A stretch of 64,000 nucleotides of DNA from positions 65,134 through 129,133 of IMG/VR virus record IMGVR_UViG_3300032220_001761; one strand, written 5' to 3'. Of the stretch, positions 49,479 to 59,710 are shown one piece after another (the first letter of the stretch is position 1; each line of letters starts with the position of its first letter). Both the position numbers and the translations under genes were made by a program. The stretch comes from a virus (taxonomy: Duplodnaviria; Heunggongvirae; Uroviricota; Caudoviricetes). The notes under the pieces were generated by a model, which saw nothing but the letters and a program-made list of their open reading frames with translations, searched no databases and had not been told where the DNA came from.

Positions 49479-49686
49479 TTATACTAGCTCCGTAGATGTC
49501 TCCGTTTGCTCCGAAGCCAAACTTCTTACTTTTTATTTCAACAAGATAAAGAGTTCCTTCGCTCCAAAATGACCCACCTTTTTTTCTTTCTTCGAAAGCA
49601 TCCTTAGCTTCTTTTAATTCTTTGTGAATCTCGTAGCCGTCGCCATCAGGATCAGCTTCGATAATCATATATGTTTTATTAGACAT
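49453..49686 (-). CDS. hypothetical protein
   Basis: After promoter at about 49699. Confidence 0.7.
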   Translation of the reverse strand: MSNKTYMIIEADPDGDGYEIHKELKEAKDAFEERKKGGSFWSEGTLYLVEIKSKKFGFGANGDIYGASIIEEHQFEQ

Positions 49687-49937
49687 TGAATTATATTATG
49701 AGCGTAAAGATAGAAAAATCTATTTAGATAAAAAAATCTTTTCCTAAATTTTTTTCATCGAAGTATGCAAAGCGGCTGCATACCTTGCGGGGGTTCCTCA
49801 CCACGACATCCGTGTTGCGGATGCTAAAATCCAAAGGCCACAAAAAAAGCCTGCTCTTTTGAACAGGCTGATCTGGCAGGAAAATACACCAGGTATCAGG
49901 AGTTTGGCAGCATCGCTTTATCCTGGTGGTTTGTTTA

Positions 49938-50159
49938 TCAGGAGTTGATTAAACTGTCAAATGTGTAATAGTTTCTTGTATCTCTGCGTAGGCGAAGAAC
50001 TTTGTGTTCCTTACCTTCTTCGTCTGTATGAAATTTACCAGTTTCTTCAAATGTTACTGTTGACCCAGGTTTCAATGTTGTAATTCCCTTTTCAGTGAAT
50101 TTAAGGCTAGAAAACATCTTCAGTTGTTTCTCAAGCGTTACCGTTACTTTGCGATTCAT
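49938..50159 (-). CDS. hypothetical protein
   Basis: ORF before terminator. Confidence 0.6.
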   Translation of the reverse strand: MNRKVTVTLEKQLKMFSSLKFTEKGITTLKPGSTVTFEETGKFHTDEEGKEHKVLRLRRDTRNYYTFDSLINS

Positions 50160-50190
50160 ATTCTATTAAAGCTTAATTTTTGATTTTTGT

Positions 50191-50436
50191 TCACAAGATT
50201 TGCTGATAATTATAAAAGTCGTTGAAAATATAGACTCTTTGACCTCCGTATTGATCCATTCCTCGGACTATTAGACTGTTTCCTTGCCACATTGCAGATT
50301 CAATTTCCATGTACAAGTTTGGGCTAGGTACATTTTGATAGTTGAATCTATCGTAGTATAAACTAATTGAGTTGTTTCTAGGGTTAACCTGAATAACTCC
50401 GTATGCTTTACACATTTCCCAGTTCATCTGTTTCAA
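50191..50436 (-). CDS. hypothetical protein
   Basis: Packed ORF; start uncertain. Confidence 0.65.
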   Translation of the reverse strand: MKQMNWEMCKAYGVIQVNPRNNSISLYYDRFNYQNVPSPNLYMEIESAMWQGNSLIVRGMDQYGGQRVYIFNDFYNYQQIL

Positions 50437-50509
50437 GTGTTTAGTTTTGCAAATCTATGATATTTTTCTATTCTAAAAAAACTTTATGCAACTTTTTAAC
50501 ATATAAATG

Positions 50510-50968
50510 TTAATAAGGTATTTTTATAACCATCACCTCGGTTCTGGTCCCAAAAATCGGTTTGTCATCTTTTTCAATGCCTCGGATGTAAACAAAAGCA
50601 TATCCCGTAGTATTACTAGCTACTGGAGATTTAACTTCTAACTCGTCCAAGACATAAACTTTATCAATGACTTCCATTATGCTTTCATAGTTCTTTCTAG
50701 AATCTTCATCTTCGAACATTACAGCACCAAAGAATTTTTTCCTGAAGTCTGTTGAGGATTGCTCATCAATAAGAAAGTCAACATCAGTTGGGAAGGTATA
50801 TCCTCTCACACTTACAATATCAACTTTCGTTTCAGTTACTCTTCTTATCAATTCCTTTATAGTGTATTCACCACGGAACTCTAATCCGAACTTCTCAAAG
50901 AAGATCCGGTAGAAATCACTGATGTGGATGTCACGATTAGAAACCAATTCTAAAAGAGTGTTTGTCAT
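50510..50968 (-). CDS. hypothetical protein
   Basis: 152 aa ORF. Confidence 0.7.
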   Translation of the reverse strand: MTNTLLELVSNRDIHISDFYRIFFEKFGLEFRGEYTIKELIRRVTETKVDIVSVRGYTFPTDVDFLIDEQSSTDFRKKFFGAVMFEDEDSRKNYESIMEVIDKVYVLDELEVKSPVASNTTGYAFVYIRGIEKDDKPIFGTRTEVMVIKIPY

Positions 50969-50970
50969 TC

Positions 50971-51066
50971 TTACTTTGGTTTGTTTATTGGTTTCGTTCC
51001 TTTAGCGATTTCATAATAATAACCGCTTTGTTTTGGCTTGGTAGCCGATGATTTGACTTTTGCCAT
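50971..51066 (-). CDS. 31-aa basic peptide
   Basis: MAKVKSSATKPKQSGYYYEIAKGTKPINKPK after promoter at about 51085. Confidence 0.55.
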   Translation of the reverse strand: MAKVKSSATKPKQSGYYYEIAKGTKPINKPK

Positions 51067-51124
51067 TGTTATTAGTTTTAAAATTTAGCGCAAATATAGA
51101 TTAATCTACCTGATTAAAAAAAGA

Positions 51125-51439
51125 TTACCCCATTTTGAAGAGGTGAATCTCTTTAATTGCTTTAGCCGGGATGTTCTTAGGAGATAGTAAACTCTTACCT
51201 ACTCCAAACAATTGCACCATAAATGGAGAATGATCAGTACCTTCTTCTAACTTCTTCTCATCAACTTCTACCTCCACTATGGCTAGTAAAGTCTCGCCTT
51301 GTGCACGTAATCTGAATCCTATCCATCTCTGAGCTGATTCAATTGAATCAGTGAGATAGACACCTTCGAATCGAGAGATCAATCCTTTCTTCTTAATTGA
51401 CTCTACGTTGTTTGCGGATGTTGCGTGATATAGTCTCAT
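51125..51439 (-). CDS. ADP-ribosyltransferase-fold (Tpt1/KptA-like) protein
   Basis: LYHATS....SI.K.GL, VYLT, NIP..AI. Confidence 0.6.
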   Translation of the reverse strand: MRLYHATSANNVESIKKKGLISRFEGVYLTDSIESAQRWIGFRLRAQGETLLAIVEVEVDEKKLEEGTDHSPFMVQLFGVGKSLLSPKNIPAKAIKEIHLFKMG

Positions 51440-51645
51440 TGTGCAGAAGTTTTAGGTGCAAACATTTTACGTCCATTATCCATGAAGGTGTCATAAGCTT
51501 CGTGACCCATGTCATCTCGTAGCTCATTCTTCATTTGGCTAAGCTCCGATGCCATTTCAAATGCCTTAATTGGATTGGTCTCGCTTTTAAGGTCCCAGTT
51601 CAGATCGATAATCTTACTTAATTTTTTTCTTTGTGGTTCAGTCAT
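51436..51645 (-). CDS. hypothetical early protein
   Basis: After promoter. Confidence 0.7.
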   Translation of the reverse strand: MTEPQRKKLSKIIDLNWDLKSETNPIKAFEMASELSQMKNELRDDMGHEAYDTFMDNGRKMFAPKTSAQ

Positions 51646-51724
51646 AACTTTTAATCTAATTGGTTAGTATCGCTAATGTAGAATATTCTACTTAGATAAA
51701 AAAATGTTTCCTGAAATATTTTTA

Positions 51725-52126
51725 TTACCCAAAGATTACTTCTTTATAGAATACAGTTTGAAGAATACAATCTGCAGTATCTGCATCATCATTCTCGTTA
51801 ATCGCATCCATTAAATGACGTAGGGGTGTCATAGCCACACGTGAATGAACATGCTTTAAGGTAATTGATTTATTACCTACTCCGTTCTCTTCATCAACTA
51901 GAGTTAGCTTACCACCGATTCTTAGGATTTCCATCCAAACATCTTCTCGACAAATTGTGTCTGTAAAGATTCCTTTCTTTTGTTTGTCTGTCAAACTTTT
52001 CTTTGCCTCTTTGTAATCCTTTTCGGTATAATCTAGAGATAATCCATAAGAGGAAATGTTACTACCGTTACACAATGCGTTGTGAAAGTGTTTTTCTGAT
52101 TCTTCGTGAGTTAATACGATTTTCAT
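51725..52126 (-). CDS. hypothetical early protein
   Basis: DA.TAD..LQ.VF.KEVIFG C-terminus. Confidence 0.75.
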   Translation of the reverse strand: MKIVLTHEESEKHFHNALCNGSNISSYGLSLDYTEKDYKEAKKSLTDKQKKGIFTDTICREDVWMEILRIGGKLTLVDEENGVGNKSITLKHVHSRVAMTPLRHLMDAINENDDADTADCILQTVFYKEVIFG

Positions 52127-52343
52127 GTCTTTATATTTTTAATTGGTTAATGACGCTAAAGTAGAAACTTCTACTTGGATAAAAAAATGTTTTCTGAAAA
52201 AATTCCAATTATTTTTATAAGGAAAAAGTAGGGAAAAGTAGGATGTGCTGCGGGGGTTCCTCGGCAGTCTTATGCTAGCCATAGGTTTTTCTTAGGCCAC
52301 AAAAAAAGGACCCGAAGGTCCTTTTTGATGATTGCTGAATTTT

Positions 52344-52547
52344 CTAATCATCCAATTCTTCGTAGTCATCTTCATCTACGAATATTCCATATTCATTTAT
52401 GTAGGAATCGACGTTTGCCTGATCTCCTTCAACTGAAAATGTTCCATCCTCGTTCATGTCAACTTCCAAATCATAATCTTTTTCAATCTCTTCCTTAGAT
52501 CCTCCAGGAATACGAGGGTCGTTAATTAATGCTCTTACCTTTGCCAT
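52344..52547 (-). CDS. acidic small protein
   Basis: Likely start MAKVRAL. Confidence 0.6.
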   Translation of the reverse strand: MAKVRALINDPRIPGGSKEEIEKDYDLEVDMNEDGTFSVEGDQANVDSYINEYGIFVDEDDYEELDD

Positions 52548-52560
52548 GTTCTTGATTAGA

Positions 52561-52854
52561 TTAGTTAATGTTAATTTTGATTCTTTTGTTTTCTGATCCA
52601 TCCCATTCGGTTTTTACACCGTGCTTATTAAGAACAGATACGATTTCGTTTCCGTTGCCGGACCAAGCAAGATGACATTCTCCAGTACTCCTCAATTCCG
52701 AGTTATCCTGGTTGTGATAGAAAACTGCTCGTTCGCCTTTTTCATCTGGTACTTCTGCCCATGCACATGTTTGACAGCATTTAAAGTTTTGACGTGCAAA
52801 GTAACCTAACTTACGGAGCTCTTTAAAAGCTTCTGTTAAATTTGATTTGTTCAT
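52561..52854 (-). CDS. hypothetical early protein (DUF6891-like)
   Basis: NFKCCQTCA, VFYH.QD, WDG...RI. Confidence 0.65.
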   Translation of the reverse strand: MNKSNLTEAFKELRKLGYFARQNFKCCQTCAWAEVPDEKGERAVFYHNQDNSELRSTGECHLAWSGNGNEIVSVLNKHGVKTEWDGSENKRIKININ

Positions 52855-53076
52855 GTTATTTTGTTTTAATTGGTTAGTGAGGCAAATGTAGATAATTCTA
52901 CTTGGATAAAAAAATGTTTTTGGAAATATTTTTTAAATAAACCTATAGGTTTGGACAACATCCGAAGCCGGGGGTTCCTCAACATCGCCTCCACAGCCAC
53001 ATCCAGAATTCCTTTGCCCACAAAAAAGGCCCGGAATTACTCCGAGCCGATTTTGATTTATAACCCAACTAACCAA

Positions 53077-53517
53077 TTAATGGCCTCCGACCAGCAATTC
53101 AGATCCATCTAGAACTGCTGACAATTTCTGTGGTGGTTGATTTCTTGCAGAGTAACCATCTTTGATTACCCATTCGTTGTCCTTCGTGAATAAGTAGCCA
53201 TACTCTTCAAGGTCACCTGCAAAGTAATTCTCTACTGCAATGCTTTTTTTAGCTTGCAAAGGTTCTCCACGGTCACGGTGATAAGCTACTGTTACACCCT
53301 CTGATGGGTTTTCGAATGTGTGTCCTTCCGGGGCATCAATTTCTTTATCCAAAGAACTAATTGACCCAAGGGCAATTAACTGCTCGACCTTCTTACGGTC
53401 TTGATAGTGGTCATTCAATATACGACCATTGTTTTCAGGATAACCATCCCAGTGGCAGTAAACTGAAGTTACTGATCCATCTTGATTTTCGATTCCGATT
53501 CTTGAACGTGTTGCCAT
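53077..53517 (-). CDS. phage hypothetical early protein
   Basis: MATRSRIG, YCHWDGYP. Confidence 0.8.
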   Translation of the reverse strand: MATRSRIGIENQDGSVTSVYCHWDGYPENNGRILNDHYQDRKKVEQLIALGSISSLDKEIDAPEGHTFENPSEGVTVAYHRDRGEPLQAKKSIAVENYFAGDLEEYGYLFTKDNEWVIKDGYSARNQPPQKLSAVLDGSELLVGGH

Positions 53518-53582
53518 GTTTTTATTTTTTTAATTGGTTAATGACGCTAATGTAGAAAATTCTATTTGAATAAAAAAATGTT

Positions 53583-53855
53583 TTATGGAATATTTCCAAT
53601 TTCAGTTGCAAGAATTGTAATACCAAACTCGTCATCAACATCAGGACCATGAACACCTGGCTCGTAATCAGGATCACCATCTGCAAAGTATTCGCCTATA
53701 AGTCCCTGAAGTTCATCTTCATTGTTAGCTCTCCAAAGTTCTGTTCGAGTGTCTTCAGAATCTTCAACATCTACCCAAACCACTGCAAATAGTTTTTCTC
53801 CTTTTGGATCACCGTTGATTTTGCTCTCGTCAATTGATACATTAAATGATTTCAT
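53583..53855 (-). CDS. acidic early protein
   Basis: Own promoter. Confidence 0.7.
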   Translation of the reverse strand: MKSFNVSIDESKINGDPKGEKLFAVVWVDVEDSEDTRTELWRANNEDELQGLIGEYFADGDPDYEPGVHGPDVDDEFGITILATEIGNIP

Positions 53856-53942
53856 GTTAATAGGATTTTAATTGGTTATGACGCTAATGTAGATAATTCT
53901 ACTTGGATAAAAAAATGTTTTAAGAATTAAATCTATTCTTTC

Positions 53943-54206
53943 CTAAATACATCCTTTCACGTGACGTAGAGCTTCCTCGTATGAACTACAAAGAAAGTCG
54001 TGCTCATCGCTGTCACCCCTCCCGATAAAAAATCCTGGCACCCATTCAGGTTGACAACTTTCTTTCTTCGAGAGAAAAGTTATCTGGAGTTCTTTCTCCA
54101 CTGTGAGATCGCTGCTAATCATGTAGAGGTTGTCAAAGTGAGTGTCTTTTTTCACTGTCCCGTTGAGGGCTTCCGCTAATTTTCTAGCTTTTTCTGGTAC
54201 TCTCAT
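53943..54206 (-). CDS. hypothetical early protein
   Basis: Own promoter. Confidence 0.7.
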   Translation of the reverse strand: MRVPEKARKLAEALNGTVKKDTHFDNLYMISSDLTVEKELQITFLSKKESCQPEWVPGFFIGRGDSDEHDFLCSSYEEALRHVKGCI

Positions 54207-54277
54207 TTTCTTTTAGTATAATTGGTTATGACGCTAATGTAGATAATTCTACCCGGATAAAAAAACGCTTCGGAGGA

Positions 54278-54526
54278 TTAAATCCATTTTTTTCTGTAGT
54301 CGTGATAGTGAAATCTATCACCAGAATGGTCATCTCTAAATATCAAAGTGTACTGGCCATCTCCTAGCTCTCCAGTTACACTATATCTAAAACCCCAATC
54401 CTCCTTAAGGTCTTTTCTAGCGGATTCCCTAGAGCATCTTGAAAGCTCTTCCCAGAGAGTGATAAGGGCGCTCAGAGCCTTCCTATTCTCCTTTTTGAGG
54501 TCATCATATGAGAGTATTCTTGTCAT
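54278..54526 (-). CDS. hypothetical early protein
   Basis: Own promoter. Confidence 0.7.
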   Translation of the reverse strand: MTRILSYDDLKKENRKALSALITLWEELSRCSRESARKDLKEDWGFRYSVTGELGDGQYTLIFRDDHSGDRFHYHDYRKKWI

Positions 54527-54639
54527 ATCTTTTAGAATTAAATTGGTTATTCCGCTAATATAGATAATTCTACTTGGATAAAAAAATGTTTTTCAAATTA
54601 TTGGTCTCCGTAATCTCTAGACCACTCAGCTATGATTGA

Positions 54640-55014
54640 TTAAAAACTGAAATCATGTTCAAGTACTTTACCCTCGTGTGCTGATAGCCACCATACAAGA
54701 TAAGCTGCCCCTGCATAGTAGTGGTTATCCTCAACATCGTTATTTTTTCCATGCAAACTAGATGTCCACCATTTATTGGGTTTAGCTAGGTCTTCTTTCA
54801 ATTGTTTGTGATCACCGATCTTTTTAAAAGACCTAATCGCAACTTTTACAACTTCTTCAGTTATAGCTTTACGAGATTTCTCTAAAGCTTTTTCTATAGG
54901 ATAGATGAAGATCTCCCTGTTATCATATCCTCCAGGAACACCCCCAACACTTAGATAATTTGTACCATTTTTGTTCGATACTTTAAAATTTTTTGTGTTT
55001 GCCCAGAAACTCAT
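54640..55014 (-). CDS. hypothetical early protein
   Basis: Own promoter. Confidence 0.7.
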   Translation of the reverse strand: MSFWANTKNFKVSNKNGTNYLSVGGVPGGYDNREIFIYPIEKALEKSRKAITEEVVKVAIRSFKKIGDHKQLKEDLAKPNKWWTSSLHGKNNDVEDNHYYAGAAYLVWWLSAHEGKVLEHDFSF

Positions 55015-55085
55015 AATTATTTATTTTTTATTGGTTATGACGCTAATGTAGATAATTCTACTTGGATAAAAAAATGTTTTTCAAA

Positions 55086-55370
55086 TTATTCTATAATAAT
55101 AAATGTAGTTTCTTCTTCACTAAGAACTTCTGTGTCAAGACCTATTGCTCTTAATATCGGAAGAAACACATGCGGATATTCAAGTATTGTTAGAAATCCA
55201 TTCTCTCTAAGATAGTCTGCTGTGAAGCCAATCCCCTCACCGTTTTCTTCAATTCCTACAGTAACAAATCCTCGATACTGTTGGTGGTTAGAATCAAACT
55301 GTGGATCGTTCTTAATTTGAAACAAAAAGTCAATTACCTTTTGTACTTCTTCTTTTTTTAGTTGTCTCAT
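55086..55370 (-). CDS. hypothetical early protein
   Basis: Own promoter. Confidence 0.7.
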   Translation of the reverse strand: MRQLKKEEVQKVIDFLFQIKNDPQFDSNHQQYRGFVTVGIEENGEGIGFTADYLRENGFLTILEYPHVFLPILRAIGLDTEVLSEEETTFIIIE

Positions 55371-55577
55371 AGTATTTATAATTATAATTGGTTATGACGC
55401 TAATTTAGAATATTCTACTTACATAAAAAAATGCTTTCCAATTATTTTTGAAGAAGATGCGAGATCACATCTGTCTGCGGGGGTTCCTCATCAGGTATCC
55501 AGGCCGGCCGGTTTTTTCCATTGGCCACAAAAAAACCCAAGCTTAGGCTTGGGTTTTTGATTTGATGGTTTGTGCTT

Positions 55578-55979
55578 TTAGTTTGCCGGCTCAACCAACT
55601 CTTTTGAAGTGGTGAAGAAGTTACGTTTTCCGCGACGTACTCGGTACAATGTGGCTTTACCTTTCTTACCCATTTCCTCAAAGGTGAGTTCTGTTCCGGG
55701 TTTAGCACATGAAGAGTTTACATCTTCAATACGCTGGTTCCAGTACAAGCGAACTGGGAAGCCAAATGTTTTGGTGAAAGACTCAGCCACAGATTCTGCG
55801 GTTGGTGCTGCTTCAGCCTTTTTGGTTTTCACTTTAGCTGGTTTGGTATCTACCGGTGCCTCATCAACTGGGCGACCAACCAATCCTGCTTTTTTGCGCT
55901 CACGGTATGCTTTGTCGTAAGCTGCTTTTTTTGCTTTTTTGTCCTCTGCTGACATAACTGAATTTTTTGAATTTTTCAT
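55578..55979 (-). CDS. Lys/Ala-rich basic early protein
   Basis: KAKKAAYDKAYRERKK; start probably 55979. Confidence 0.7.
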   Translation of the reverse strand: MKNSKNSVMSAEDKKAKKAAYDKAYRERKKAGLVGRPVDEAPVDTKPAKVKTKKAEAAPTAESVAESFTKTFGFPVRLYWNQRIEDVNSSCAKPGTELTFEEMGKKGKATLYRVRRGKRNFFTTSKELVEPAN

Positions 55980-56080
55980 TTTACCTTTTTTTAAGTTAAA
56001 CTTTATTTTGATTAGACTTTGCAAACTTAGAAGAAACTATTTGAAGAAAAAAATGTTTTCTGAAATATTCCAATTATTTT

Positions 56081-56350
56081 TTAGGAAACTCTTGGAGGAG
56101 GGACTGGACCTGCAGGCTTCATCAAGTCATCAAATTCCTCTTCAGTTAAGAGTGTAACTTTACACCAGTTCTGTTCCCATTCTGCGCAATACTCTTCTTT
56201 AATGTACGCAATTGCATCCTCACTAGATTCATCCTCCTGTATCACCTCAAGAACGTCCTGTTCGGTGATTTCAAAATCCTCAACTTTAACTCCCCCTGGA
56301 AGATAAGCTTCTGGTCCTGTGATAATTGCTTTGAATTTTAAAGTATCCAT
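56081..56350 (-). CDS. acidic early protein
   Basis: Own promoter. Confidence 0.7.
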   Translation of the reverse strand: MDTLKFKAIITGPEAYLPGGVKVEDFEITEQDVLEVIQEDESSEDAIAYIKEEYCAEWEQNWCKVTLLTEEEFDDLMKPAGPVPPPRVS

Positions 56351-56427
56351 TTTTTAGTTGATTAGTGCCGCTAATATAGATTATTCCACTTAGATAAAAA
56401 AATGTTTTCTAAAAAATTTCAAAACTG

Positions 56428-56919
56428 TTAATCACACTCGAAATTCCCTCCAACCTCTTGTGGTGCTCCTTCAAGAGATGCGAGTTGGTTACCATAGCAC
56501 TCGAAATCCCCTCCAACCTTTTGCGGTGCTCCTTCAAGAGATGTGAGTTGGTTATAAACACACACGAAATCCTCTCCAACCTCTTGTGGTGCTCCTTCAA
56601 GAGATGTGAGTTTGTTATGTCCGCACTTGTAATTCTTTCCAACCTTTTGTGGTGCTCCTATAAGAGATGTGAGTTGGTTACTATTGCAAGCGAAATTCCC
56701 TCCAACCTCTTGTGGTGCTCCTTCAAGAGATGTGAGTTTGTTATGACTGCAATAGAAAGATCCAGATATTTTGCCAAACTTAATCTTTCTAAAACTTTTT
56801 AAATTCGTATAGGTACAAGTAAAATGTCCCTCTACATCAACAAGCCCTTTAGAATTTAATTCCCAAGTTCCATGAACATTATTATTAAGAAAATTGGTTT
56901 GTGCTTTAGTTAATTTCAT
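56428..56919 (-). CDS. LRR-like repeat protein (22-aa LTSLEGAPQxVG repeats)
   Basis: Five 66-bp tandem units at about 56437-56745. Confidence 0.8.
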   Translation of the reverse strand: MKLTKAQTNFLNNNVHGTWELNSKGLVDVEGHFTCTYTNLKSFRKIKFGKISGSFYCSHNKLTSLEGAPQEVGGNFACNSNQLTSLIGAPQKVGKNYKCGHNKLTSLEGAPQEVGEDFVCVYNQLTSLEGAPQKVGGDFECYGNQLASLEGAPQEVGGNFECD

Positions 56920-57127
56920 AAGTATAAGTATAAGGTATAAGTATAATTGTTATGTCGCTAATATAGAATATTCCACATGGATAAAAAATGTTTTCAGAAA
57001 AATAAACCTATAGGTTGATTCACATCTGTCATGCGGGGGTTCCTCAGTGCGTCGGAGGAGAGCTTCACACAAAACCTTAGCACACAAAAAAAGGAGCCGA
57101 AGCTCCTTTCCGTTTTCAGATTCATTT

Positions 57128-57847
57128 TTAATCCCACCACCAAATAAGTTCAACTGAGAAGTATGTTCCGCTATCATCATGTTGAGTAACATCAATTCTC
57201 ACACTGTCAGCCTTGATAGACTTTCCCTTAGGTTCCCAATGTTCTTTAAAGAAAGCCTGAACTCTCTCCAGGTCTTTCTTATCAATAAATTCGTAATTTA
57301 AAATAACATACTCACATCGATGATTGGTTTTCCAACTGTGCATCGTGTAGCCTGTATTTGGGTTGTTAACCCCGTAATCCCTACGCGGAGCAAGACTGTC
57401 AATTTTAGAAACTGCTGCTCCAACATTGCTATGATTGAAATCGTTCCAAGAACCTCCAGCTGAAAGATATCCTCTAAGACGCTGAGCATCCAACTCAATG
57501 AAACCTCCGAATCCTAACTCACTCTGAGCTTTGTATATCTTATAGCCCAATTCATAGTAAAGATCTTTAGTCTTTGACAACATCTTGTTGTGATGATTCT
57601 TGTATTTCTCTTTCAAAGAAACAAAAAGCTCGTTGGCATTTTCCTCTGTGATTGATGAATGCTCAAACACTTCAGTAGGTTTTTCATAACAACGTGTGTC
57701 AACACCAGGGAAGCAATGTGCGAATCCCATTGAAACCATAACATTCCAAACCACTCCTCTTTTGGTTTCAAAAGGAAGCTCGTTGAAAAGATCTGGTGTA
57801 AGATTTGGGTTTACTGACCCGTTGATAATTGGCTGAATAGATTCCAT
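57128..57847 (-). CDS. hypothetical early protein
   Basis: 239 aa monocistronic unit. Confidence 0.75.
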   Translation of the reverse strand: MESIQPIINGSVNPNLTPDLFNELPFETKRGVVWNVMVSMGFAHCFPGVDTRCYEKPTEVFEHSSITEENANELFVSLKEKYKNHHNKMLSKTKDLYYELGYKIYKAQSELGFGGFIELDAQRLRGYLSAGGSWNDFNHSNVGAAVSKIDSLAPRRDYGVNNPNTGYTMHSWKTNHRCEYVILNYEFIDKKDLERVQAFFKEHWEPKGKSIKADSVRIDVTQHDDSGTYFSVELIWWWD

Positions 57848-58073
57848 TTCTTTTTTTTTAATTGGTTAGTGTCGCTAATGTAGAAACTTCTACTTGGATA
57901 AAAAAATGTTTTCTGAAAAATATTGTTTAATGTTTATCACTCAACTTTAAACGGTGATTACTCACCCCGAGGGGGTTCCCCGGTTAAATACGCCTGTTGG
58001 TATCCGGAAAACACCAACAACAAAAAACCCAGGATTTCTCCTGGGCTTCTTGATAACCAACAAAAATAAATTA

Positions 58074-58472
58074 TTATGCTAAGTCTTGCAATATATTCTG
58101 TAGACTCCTTCTTGTATTAGAAAGCATCTCCTGCTCCATTTTTTTTCTCTTGTTTTCTAAAACCCTCTTGAATTTCATAGTGAGCTTATTGTGTATCTTT
58201 TCATTCAACAGAATGTGATACTCATATTTGCCATTGATAATCCTTAGGTCTGTTCCATCCATTATGATGAATATGTCATCTGAATGAACGTAGTAGGTCA
58301 AAGAAAGAGGAGCCATCAATAATTCAACATCCGGTTTAAGTAGGGATCTTTCAAATATTTTAATAGCCAATTCTTGTGTTTCTGTTATTACTGGAGGTGG
58401 GACAAAATCAAACCTTTTAAGAGTATTTCCCGCTCCTAATAAAAACCTATAGAATTTTCTTTTGATGCTCAT
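58074..58472 (-). CDS. hypothetical protein
   Basis: 132 aa ORF. Confidence 0.7.
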   Translation of the reverse strand: MSIKRKFYRFLLGAGNTLKRFDFVPPPVITETQELAIKIFERSLLKPDVELLMAPLSLTYYVHSDDIFIIMDGTDLRIINGKYEYHILLNEKIHNKLTMKFKRVLENKRKKMEQEMLSNTRRSLQNILQDLA

Positions 58473-58508
58473 GTCTATTTTTTTACAGATGGTTATGAAA
58501 AGGTTTCT

Positions 58509-59006
58509 TTAATTTATTAATTTGTCCCATCTTTCCTTTAGCTCAGCAAACTCTAAAGGATCCTCAGAGCATTTTTTAGCCACACGAATTAGATTTTTGA
58601 ATTTGCCATTCAATAGTTCTGAAGCATCTTGTTGAGTTGCATCAACTATCAAGTTAATAAATCTAGCCAACCAAAGATCCTGTAGGTCTCCGTCATTCCA
58701 AAGCATAAACTGAATCTCTTCTTCAGTAAGTAATGGCATTCCTGGAATCTCCATAAGAGAATTCGCATCTACGGAAATTAATGAATCAGATGTAATAGAA
58801 CGCCACTCATTAATTTCAATATCGAAATAAGGTGTACCCTTAGTTGCCTTTACTCCTCCTTTAGGATGTAAGCCCTCAGGGATCATGTCTAACCTTGACG
58901 TTCCTTTTGCCTCTCTTATGCTACCGTCTTTTTTGGTGTATTCAAATTTAAGCTCACCATGCTTAATCTTCTCCTCGAACGATTTGTGTGTTACATTCAA
59001 CTTCAT
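58509..59006 (-). CDS. WYL-like SH3 beta-barrel protein
   Basis: F.Y.KKDGSIREA.GT, YFD.E..EWRS; paralogous to 47802-48050. Confidence 0.75.
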   Translation of the reverse strand: MKLNVTHKSFEEKIKHGELKFEYTKKDGSIREAKGTSRLDMIPEGLHPKGGVKATKGTPYFDIEINEWRSITSDSLISVDANSLMEIPGMPLLTEEEIQFMLWNDGDLQDLWLARFINLIVDATQQDASELLNGKFKNLIRVAKKCSEDPLEFAELKERWDKLIN

Positions 59007-59164
59007 CAGTACTCTATTAATTGCTTTCTGTGCTTTGGTTTTTTGTTCTTCTTTAATTCAACTACTCGAGGTTTAAAACGGCCGTCATAAAATCCAGCCA
59101 TTTTAGCTTCTTCACGCTGTGATGCCTTGTACATGTTGAATAATATTTTACCGCTCTTTTTCAT
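59006..59164 (-). CDS. small basic protein (52 aa)
   Basis: ...GFYDGRFKPRVV..KK; hand translation. Confidence 0.65.
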   Translation of the reverse strand: MKKSGKILFNMYKASQREEAKMAGFYDGRFKPRVVELKKNKKPKHRKQLIEY

Positions 59165-59317
59165 GTCCACAAATATATTTAGAATTTTCTAAAAATAAAA
59201 ATATTTATGCCTGAAAAAATTAACCACGTTTTGAACATCCTGTCGGGGGTTCCCCAAAAATGCTAGCATAAAACCGGATGATATAATCCGAGTTCGGGGG
59301 TTCCATGGAGGGTATCA

Positions 59318-59710
59318 TCAGTGGAAAGGATCTAAATCAGGATTTGGTATCTGTTCCCAGAACTTCTTAGCGTTTGGTAGACCCTGTAAAATACCAATCT
59401 CATTATTACGATCTTTAAGAACTATCAGAGCATCTATATTTTGACCATCATCTAATAATTCTTTTATCTCGTTAGCAACTTCATTTGTAACTTTTGCTTG
59501 GTAAACAACGGTTCTTCTTTGTGAGTTATGATAAGCACTCATGTACATACCGTTTACCATGTTGTTTCTTTCCTTCTTATTCTTATCAGCATCATCTTCG
59601 CCGAAGATAAGAATGTCTGTAAATGAGTGTTTACCCACCACAGGATCTGGAATGAAGCTAACTAATCCGTGGCAATCAGCCAATCCTAAGTATGTTTCTA
59701 GTTGTTGCAT
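59318..59710 (-). CDS. hypothetical protein
   Basis: Y.G.ADCHGL.SF, W..IPNP.LDPF. Confidence 0.7.
   Translation of the reverse strand: MQQLETYLGLADCHGLVSFIPDPVVGKHSFTDILIFGEDDADKNKKERNNMVNGMYMSAYHNSQRRTVVYQAKVTNEVANEIKELLDDGQNIDALIVLKDRNNEIGILQGLPNAKKFWEQIPNPDLDPFH

Noticed and set aside
41798-57498. Track ORFs spanning promoter/terminator spacers (e.g. 41798, 42333, 46594, 47187, 47616, 55442, 56950, 57298)
   Set aside because: They translate the repeated regulatory DNA (recurring MDKK.F, LDKKMF words) or alternate frames, not genes
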